From Chiloscyllium plagiosum (taxonomy: Eukaryota): a DNA stretch of 64,000 bases. The position numbers and the translations under genes were made by a program. The first letter of the stretch is position 1; each line of letters opens with the position of its first letter. This document shows positions 55,190 through 64,000 of this stretch, piece after piece. The stretch spans positions 1-64,000 of the forward strand of contig NW_025215225.1 in assembly GCF_004010195.1 (NCBI RefSeq), in the 5' to 3' direction. The notes under the pieces are model-generated. The model was not told the DNA's origin. It saw nothing but the letters and a program-made list of their open reading frames with translations, and ran no database searches.

Positions 55190-58028
55190 AACAAGCAGTC
55201 CCATAACTATCATTACGGAGGCATGGATAGAGCAGGGACAGGAATGGCTGTTGCAGGTTCCGGGATTCAGATGTTTCAGTAAGAACAGAGTAGATGGTAA
55301 AAGAGGGGGAGGTGTGGCATTGTTGATCAGGGACAGTATTACAGTTGTAGAAAGGATGTTTGGGGACTCGTTAACTGAGGCAGTATGGGCTGAGGTTAGA
55401 AACAGGAAAGGAGAAGTCACCATGCTGGGAGTTTTCTATAGGCCTCCAAATAGTCACAGAGATGTAGAGGAAAGGATAGCAAAGATGATTCTCGATAGGA
55501 GTGAGAGAGGCAGGTTAGTTGTCATGGGGAACTTCAACTATCCAAATATTGACTGGGATCACTACAGTACGAGTACTATAGATGGGTCAGTTTATGTCCA
55601 GTGTGTGCAGGAAGACTTCCTGACACAGTATGTAGACAGGCCTACAAGGGGTGAAGCCACTTTAGATTTAGTACTGGGTAACGAGCCTGGCCAGGTGTTA
55701 GATTTGGAAGTAGGTGAGCACTTTGGAGACAGCGATCACAATTCTGTCAGGTTTACTTTAGTGATGGAAAGGGATAGGTGTACTCCACTGGGCAAGAGTT
55801 ACAGCTGGGGGAAGGGAAACTACGATCAATTAGGAAAGATTTAGGAAGCGTAGAATGGGGAAGGAAACTGCAGGGGATGAGCACATTAAAAATTTTGAGC
55901 TTATTCAAGGAAAAGCTCCTGTGTCCTAGATAAGTATGTACCTGGGAGAAAGTGAGGACTGCAGATTCTGGATATCAGAGCTGAAAAATGTGATGCTGGA
56001 AAAGTGCAGCAGGTCAGGCAGCATCCAAGGAGCAGGAGCCCTTAAGAAGGGCTTATGCCCAAAACGTCGATTCTCCTGCTCCCTGGATGCTGCCTGACCT
56101 GCTGCGCTTTTCCAGCAACACATTTTTCAGATAAGTATGTACCTGTCAGGTAGGGAGGAAGATATAGAACGCGTGAGCCGTGGTTTACTAAGGAAGTGGA
56201 ATCCCTGGTCAAGAAGAGGAAGAAGGCTTATGTTAGAACAAAATGTGAAAACTCAGGGCGCTTGAGGGTTACAAGGAAGTCAGGAAAGACCTAAAAAGAG
56301 AGCTCAGAAGAGCCAGGAGGAGACATGAGAAGTTGTTGGCAGATAGGATCAGGGTTAACCGTAAGGCTTTCCATAGGTATGTCAGGAATAAAAGAATGTC
56401 GAGAGTTAAATTAGGACCAATCAAGGATAATAGCGGGAAGTTGTGTGTGGAGTCAGAGTAGATAGGGGAAGCACTAAATAAATATTTTTCGACAGTGTTC
56501 ACTATAGAAAATGAAAATGTTTGCGAGGAAGATACAGAGATACTTGCATCTAGACTAGAAGAGATTGAGGTTCACAAGGAAGAGGTATTCGAAATACTGC
56601 TGAGTGTGAAAATAGACAAGTCCCCTGGGCCGGGTGGGATCTATCCTTGGATCCTCTGGGAAGCAAGGGAAGAGATTGCTGAGCCTTTAGCATTGATCTT
56701 CAAATCATCATTGTCTACAGGAATAGTGCCTGAGGACTGGAGGATAGCAAATGTGGTTCCCTAGTTCAAAAAGAGTAGGAGAAACAGCCCTGGTAATTAC
56801 AGACCAGTGAGTTTCACTTCAGTTGTTGGAAAAGGTTATAAGAGATAGGATTTATAACCATCCAGAAAAGAATAATCTGATCAGGGACAGTCAGCATGGT
56901 TTTGTGAAGGGTAGGTCGNNNNNNNNNNNNNNAATGGGATTGTGGGAGACATAGCAGTTTGGATCAGTAATTGGCTTGCTGAAAGAAAACGGAGGGTTGT
57001 AGTTGATGGAACATGTTCATCTTGGTGTCCAGTTACTCGTGGCGTACCACAAGGGTCGGTGTTGGGTCCACTGCTGTTCTTCATTTTTATAAACGACCTG
57101 GATGAGGGCTTAGAAGGGTGGTTTAGTAAATTTGTGGATGACACTCAGGTCGGTAGAGTTGTGGATAGTGATGAAGGACGTAGTAGGTTGCAGTGAGACA
57201 TAGATAGGATGCAGAGCTGGGCTGAGGTATGGCAAATGGAGTTTAATGTGGACAAGTGTGAGGTGATACACTTTGGACAGAGTAATCAGAATGCAAAGTA
57301 CTGGGCTAATGATAAGGTTCTTGGGAGTACAGATGAGCAGAGAGATCTCGGTGTCCATGTACACAGATCCCTGAAAGTTGCCACCCAGATTGACAGGGTT
57401 GTTAAGAAGGCATACAGTGTTTTGGCCTTTATTAATAGAGGGATTGAGTTCCAGAACCATGAGGTTATGCTGCAGCTGTACAAAACTCTGGTACGCCACA
57501 CTTGGAGTATTGTGTATAGTTCTGGTCACCGCATTAAAAGAAGGATGTGGAAGCTTTGGAAAGGGTGCAGAGGAGATTTACTAGGATGTTGCCTGGTATG
57601 GAAGGAATGTCTTACGAGGAAAGGCTGAGGGCTTTGAGGCTGTTCTCGTTAGAGAGAAGAAGGTTGAGAGGTGACTTAATAAAGATATACAAGATAATCA
57701 GAGGGTTAGATAGGGTGGACAGGGAGAGCCTTTTTCCAAGTATGGGGACAGCAAACACGAGGGGACACAACTTTAAAGTAAGGGGAGATAGATATAAGAC
57801 AGATGTCAGAGGTAGTTTCTTTACTCGGAGAGTAGTAAGGGTATGGAATGCTTTGCCTGCAACGGTAGTAGATTTGCCAACTTTAAGTACATTTAAGTCG
57901 TCATTGCACAAGCATATGGATGTACATGGAATAGTGCAGGTTAGATGGGCTTCAGATTGGTATGACAGGGCGACGCAACATTGAGGGCTGAAGGGCCTGT
58001 ACTGCGCTGTAATGTTCTATGTTCTATA
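55190..58028 (+). mobile_element. 5'-truncated, disrupted CR1 LINE ORF2 (APE endonuclease + RT)
   Basis: [73 protein letters not shown]. Stops and frameshifts present; (gttctat)n tail. Confidence 0.95.
55945..56128. mobile_element. Family A fold-back mini-element inserted in CR1 ORF2
   Basis: 17-bp TSD agataagtatgtacctg (55928-55944, 56129-56145). Confidence 0.92.
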
Positions 58029-58102
58029 TCATTATTTGATTCTTCAAGATGGGTGATTCTAAAAGCACCCACTCTCTAACCTGAATGCTGCTTCTGTGGT
58101 GA

Positions 58103-58650
58103 CATAGAGATCATACGGCATGGAAACAGACCCTTCAGTCGAACCAGTCCCATAGTCCCAAACTAAACTAATCCCACCTGTCTGCTCCTGGCCCATATCC
58201 ATCCAGACCTTCCCTATTCATGTACTTATCTGAAATGCCTTTTAAACATTGTAACTGTGCCTGGATCCATCAAACTTTCTCTGGAAGTTCATTCCACACA
58301 TGAACCATTCTGTATATTTTTTTTAAAAATTGCCCCTCATGTCTGTCTTTAATCCTTCTTCCTCCCCCCTTTAAAATATGCCCCTTAGTCTTGAAATTCC
58401 CCCAGCTTAGGGAAAAGACACCTGCCCATTCACCACCTACTCCTCAGGATTTTATAAACCTAATTAAGGTCACTCTTCAATCTCCTAATCTCCAGTGAAA
58501 ATACGTCCCAGTCTATCCTGCCTCTCCTTGTAACTCAAGCCCTTTATTCCTGGCAACATCCTGGTAAGTTTCTTTTCTGAACCGTCTCCAGCTTAATAAT
58601 AATCTTCATATAACAGGGCGACCAGAAGAGGGGTATCATCCAAGTGGCCA
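58103..58650 (-). mobile_element. CR1 LINE 3' fragment
   Basis: Reverse-complement CR1 3' end. Confidence 0.85.
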
Positions 58651-58805
58651 TTTGTACTTGCTGTTAATATCGAAGTTCGGGGCAAAGGTAGTTTTACATG
58701 TAGGACTTTGGTTTCAGTTTTGTTTCCTTGAGTTTCTTTCCCTAGGCAGCTCCTTCTAAATGAGCCTTGATCCTGCAACAGTATCCTCCCACCCTGTGCT
58801 TCATC

Positions 58806-59378
58806 ACCATTGGTTAGGCCACTTTTGGAATACTGTGTTCGATTCTGGTCTCCTTCCTATCGGAAAGATGTTGTGAAACTTGTACGTGTTCAGAAAAGAT
58901 TTACAAGGGTGTTGCCAGGGTTGGAGGGTTTGAGCTACAGGGAGAGGCTGAATAGTCTGGGGCTGTTTTCCTTGGAGCATCGGAGGCTGAGCTTATTGAG
59001 GTTTATAAAATCATGAGGGACATGGATAGGATAAATAGACAAGGTCTTTTCCCTGGGGTGGGGGAGTCCAGAACTAGAGGGCGTAGGTTTAGGGTGAGAG
59101 GGGAAAGATATAAAAGGGACCTAAGGGGCAACTTTTTCACGCAGAGGGTGGTGGGTGGATGTGGGTGTGTGTGTGGTATGAGGTACCAGAGGAAGTGGTG
59201 GAGGCTGGTACAATGACAACATCTAAAATGCATCTGGATGGGTATATCAATAGGAATGGTTTAGAGGCACATGGTCCAAAACCTGGCAAATGGGGTTAGA
59301 TTGGGTAAGGATATCTGGTTGGCATGGGTGAGTTTTACCTAAGGGCCTGTTTCCGTGCTGTACATCTCTATGACTCTG
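58806..59378 (+). mobile_element. CR1 LINE 3' fragment
   Basis: LVRPLLEYCVRFWSP..RDLRGNFFTQRVV. Confidence 0.92.
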
Positions 59379-59763
59379 TAAGCTGCTTAAAATGAAGGTG
59401 TTACTGAACCAGGAACCAACGTAAGGCAGTGAACAGGAGGATGAGGTTTGAATGAGATGTCAGAGTGACAGACCGTCAGGGACTTTACTCGGTAGGTGGC
59501 TGGCTGGGTGAACGGTTTCTGGGAGTGGCCGGATGATGGTGGACATGGATGAGGGTTTCAGCAAAAGAGTGGAGGTTGAGCAGCAGTGGGCACAGGGAAA
59601 GCAGCAACTTCACTTGTGCTCAGTTATGGACATTGTTTGGCGAGCGCACACTTTCCTCCAGTTGTCTGGATTATTGGGTGCCTTGCCGGACCATCACAGA
59701 CGGCCCATGAGATATGGCCACAGCTGATAGATGCAGCCTAGCTACGCAGGCTAGGTTAGGGAG

Positions 59764-62186
59764 TCATGATTTGGAGATGCCGGTGTTGGACTGGGGTGTA
59801 CAAAGTTAAAAATCACACAACACCAGGTTATAGTCCAACAAGTTTAATTGGAAGCACTAGCTTTCGGAGCGACGCTCCTTCATCAGGTGATAGTGGAGGG
59901 CTCGATCATAACACAGAATTTATAGCAAAACTTTACAGTGTGATGTAACTGAAATTATACATTGAAAAATTGATTGAGTCTTAAGCCTTTCATCTGTTAG
60001 AATACAGTGATAGTTTCACTTCTTTCATGTGTAAATCACAAAATCTTTGTTTTTAAAAAGTTGCATTCTCAGGTTAGCTGTTAACAATGGTGATAGCTAG
60101 ACAATATGTTGAAGGTGTTAGCCTCAGACCTTCGGGTGACCATCCTCCAAGGTGGACTTCGGGACAGGCAGCAGAGAAAAGTGGCTGAGCAGAGGCTGAT
60201 AGCTAAGTTCGGTACCCATAGGGAGGGCCTCAACCGGGACCTTGGGTTCATGTCACATTACAGGTGACCACCATTGCACTACACACACACACACACGCGG
60301 ATACTCCTACACACACACTGGCACGCCAATACACACATACCGCGCGCGCACAGACACCCACACACACCCTTCCAGACACACACACTCCCACACTTACACA
60401 TGCACCCCCTCACAGACTTAAGACACTCTGCACTCACTACACACACATACACTTTTTCACACAGTCAACCCCCACCACAGACAGAGACACACAGACAGCC
60501 AAAGACCCACATGCACACATATATTTTGTGGGGTGAATTTGTACTTACAGGGTTACATTGTACTTTGCTCAAAAACTGCATGCATTCATGTAGAACTCCG
60601 AGCTCAAAAACTGCATGAATTTATGTAAAACTCCGTTACCTCACTTTTTGGATTAGAATCAATCTAAACATCATGGCATAGACAGAGAACACAGGGGGCT
60701 AACACCTTCAACATATTGTCTAGCTATCACCATTGTTAACAGCTAACCAGAGAATGCAACCTTTTTTCAAAAAAGGTTTTGTGATTTACACATGAAAGAA
60801 GTGAAACTATCACTGTATTCTAACAGATGAAAGGCTTAACAGACAATCAATTTTTCAATGTATAATTTCAGTTACATCACACTGTAAATTATTTCTAGAA
60901 ATTCTGTGTTAGGATTGAGCCCTGCACTACCACCTGATGAAGGAGCATCGCTCCAGAAGCTAGTGTGCTTCCAATTAAACCTGTTGTTGTGGTTCTGTTC
61001 GACGAGCTGGGAATTTGTGTTGCAGACGTTGCGTCCCCTGTCTAGGTGACATCCTCAGTGCTTGGGAGCCTCCTGTGAAGCGCTTCTGTGATCTTTCCTC
61101 CGGCTTTTGTAGTGGTTTGTATCTGCCGCTTCCGGTTGTCAGTTCCAGCTGTCCGTTGCAGTGGTCGGTATATTGGGTCCAGATCGATGTGCTTATTGAT
61201 TGAATCTGTGGATGAGTGCCATGCCTCTAGGAATTCCCTGGCTGTTCTCTGTTTGGCTTGTCCTATAATAGTAGGTGGTCCCAGTCGAATTCATGTTGCT
61301 TGTCATCTGCGTGTGTGGCTACTAAGGATAGCTGGTCATGTCGTTTCGTGGTTTGTTGGGTGTTCATGGATGCGGATCGTTAGCTGTCTTTCTGTTTGCC
61401 CTATATAGTGTTTTGTGCAAGTCCTTGCATGGGATTTTGTACACTACACTGGTTTTGCTCATGCTGGGTATCGGGTCCTTCGTTCTGGTGAGTTGTTGTC
61501 TGAGAGTGGCTGTTGGTTTGTGTGCTGTTGAGAGTCCTCGTGGTCGCAGTAGTCTGGCTGTCAGTTTGGAAAGGCTCTTGATGTATGGTAGTGTGGCTAG
61601 TCCTTTGGGTTGCGGCATGTCCTCGTTCAGTTGTCTTTCCCTTAGACATCTGTTGATGAAATTGCGCGGGTATCCGTTTTTGGCGAGTATGTTGTATAGG
61701 TGTTCTTCTTCCTCTCTTTGCAGTTCTGGTGTACTGCAGTGTGTTGTGGCCCTTTTGAATAGTGTCTTGTTGCAACTTCTTTTGTGTGTGTTGGGGTGGT
61801 TGCTTTTGTAGTACACCAGAACTGCAAAAAGAGGACAAGCCAAACAGAGAACAGCCAGGGAATTCCTAGAGGCATGGCACTCATCCACAGATTCAATCAA
61901 TAAGCACATCGACCTGGACCCAATATACCGGCCACTGCAACGGGCAGCTGGAACTGACAACCGGAAGCGGCAGATACAAACCACTACAAATGCCGGAGGA
62001 AACATCACAGAAGCGCTTCACAGGAGGCTCCCAAACACTGAGGATGTCACCTAGACAGGGGACGCAACGTCTGCAACACAAATTCCCAGCTCGGCCAACA
62101 GAACCACAACGAGCACCTGAGCTACAAATCTCACAAACTTCCAATTAAATCTGTTGGACTATAACCTAGTGTTGTGTGATTTTTAA
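59764..62186 (+). mobile_element. 5'-truncated Penelope-like element (family B) with an inverted 5' terminal repeat
   Basis: 13-bp TSD ctaggttagggag (59751-59763, 62187-62199); inverted copy ~59800-60123; GIY-YIG C-terminus LRVTILQGG..AEQRLIAKFGTHREGLNRDLG (~60130-60267); CA-rich 3'UTR; terminal repeat 60695-60986 + 62138-62186. Confidence 0.88.
60987..62137 (-). mobile_element. Second Penelope-like element (family C) nested in the family B terminal repeat
   Basis: Minus-strand SNHP..KNGYP..TLPYI..VVYKIPCKD/HYIGQT..RIHEH/REFLEAWH..IN (RT thumb + GIY-YIG); ~280-bp inverted arms; 19-bp TSD cttccaattaaa(c/t)ctgttg. Confidence 0.9.
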
Positions 62187-62857
62187 CTAGGTTAGGGAGG
62201 TTAGTTTTGAAAAAAAAAGTCACTGAATGCTTTATTCTCTCATTGTTCTCCATCTACCAGCCCACAAAAGATCAGTTTGCTGAATTCACTTTCACAACCA
62301 TGGTCACAACCATGACTGCACTCTACCCGGAGAACAAAATGTTTTCTGTGGGCCGGCAGCAGTTTGGGGCAAGTACAGGCTGTGTGATTGTACTGCTGAG
62401 TGTTCGCAGTTCAAACAGTCAGTGTGTGAAACCTTTCCACCCACAGCCTGAACAGAATGAGAAATCTAATGGGGAAGGAATAGCCCTTCTTCGGTCTACC
62501 AGCTCACCACCTCACTTGGTGAAACCACTCCCAGGCTTGTGTAAATTCAAATCCGGTTGTGTTTTGCACGATTGTGATCAGAAATAAACATTGTAGCATC
62601 ATTGAAAAACTTGGTACAAAAGGGGCTCATTTGAGCTTTGTCTGTGCTAGCTCTTTGGAGTTATGTACTCACTTCCAAATCCCGCTCTCTCAACTCTGAC
62701 TGCATAGTCAGTTATACAGCTTGTTTCAATGCAGGAGACCACTCAGCACATTGAGTCCACCTCAGCTTTTAGGGAGTATTTTACTACATTCTGCCTCATC
62801 TGCCCATTTTTATATTTTCTCTGTGAAAAGTGACCGGTTAAGCCAGTATTTCACTCC

Positions 62858-63410
62858 AAGTCATAGAGATGTACAGCACAGAAATAGACCCTTCGGTCCG
62901 TCTTATCCACACTGACCAAACATCCTAAATTAATCCAGTCCCATTTGCCAGCATTTTGCCCATTATCCCCCTGAGCCCTTCCTATTCATATACCCATCCA
63001 GATGCCTTTTAATTGTACCAGCCTCCACCACTTCCTCTGGCAGCTCATTCCGTACATGTACCACCCTCAGAGTGAAAAAGTTGCCCTTTAGGTCCCTTTT
63101 GAATATTTCCCCTCTCACCTTAAACTTATGCCCTCCAGTTTTGGACACTCCTACCCTGGGGAAAAAAGACCTTCGCTATTCACCCTATTTATGCCCCTCA
63201 TGATTATATAAACTTCTATAACATCACCTCTCAGCCTCCAATGCTCCAGGGAAAACAGCCCCAGCCTGTTCAGCCTCTCCCTGTAGCTCAGACTGTCCAA
63301 CCCTGGCAACATCCTTGTAAATCTTTTCTGAACCCTTTCAAGTTTAACAACATCTTTCCTATAGTAGGGAGACCAGAATTGCATGCAGTACTCAAAGTGG
63401 CCTAACTAAT
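62858..63410 (-). mobile_element. CR1 LINE 3' fragment
   Basis: Minus ORF MQFWSPYYRKDVVKLERVQKRFTRMLPG. Confidence 0.92.
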
Positions 63411-64000
63411 TTTCATCCTTCAAGAGTGTATCCTAATTCCCTCTAGGAAGCTATGATTGAATCTACTTCCACCACCTTTTCAGGGTTTCAAAGGGAACAT
63501 GGAGCCCCAGGCAGCTGATACCTCAGCTACCAGCCAGGGGGCTGGCTTGGGTGCTAATAGTGGAGCAGTCGATGATTAGGGATTTACACGAGGGCTCCAA
63601 GTTCAGAGCAGAAGTACCTGAGAGGTGGTTGGAAACGGATGCAGATGGAGGGGAGTAGCCATACTGGGAGGAGGCCATTCAGCCTCTCCAGTCTTTCCCA
63701 CCAGACAGAGGGCTTATCTGTCCATACTTCCTTTACTCGCATTTACCCACTTTCCTTGCTTCATTTGGATAATAAAAACTCTAAATCTTGATTTAAAATG
63801 AACAATTGATGGAGTAGTGTTAATTGCTGTTTGTGGTAAAAAGTTGTTTACATACTGTGGGTGGAAGATGCAATGCGAGACCGTGCCCCTTGGCCCCAGA
63901 TTATCTGACCAGGGGAAGAGTTTCCCAAGATCTAACCTCCCTTGAAAATATCAATCATATCAACTTTTGTCCTTTTGAATTCCAGGGAATGCAGACTTCA

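Noticed and set aside
60280..60520. Independent (CA)n microsatellite or His/Thr-rich ORFs
   Set aside because: This is the low-complexity 3'UTR of the family B Penelope element.

Overview
Vertebrate genomic DNA, almost certainly from a shark or other elasmobranch (HE1-type SINEs, HER1/CR1 LINEs and Penelope-derived repeats dominate). Two spliced protein-coding genes lie in tandem on the minus strand. POLR2A (RPB1) has 29 coding exons (CDS 42889->11883), a TATA/CCAAT CpG-island promoter at ~42.85-43.8 kb, and a CTD exon interrupted by a 261-N gap. A 9-exon ZP3/ZPC-like egg-coat gene (6959->1031, 438 aa) encodes a signal peptide, ZP-N/ZP-C domains, a furin site, the EHP and a TM anchor. No host coding exon was recognised from 43.8 kb to 64 kb. 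The most notable signal is at least four families of Penelope-like elements and their 100-300 bp fold-back miniatures. These carry minimal type-I hammerhead-ribozyme cores (CUGANGA-x-stemII-GAAA-palindromic stemIII), mostly with 13-19 bp target-site duplications. One Penelope is nested in another Penelope's terminal repeat, and CpG decay repeatedly removes the catalytic G12. Two POLR2A splice donors are locally triplicated, one giving a potential in-frame 7-aa insert in the rudder loop. All coordinates were read by eye; repeat boundaries are approximate.
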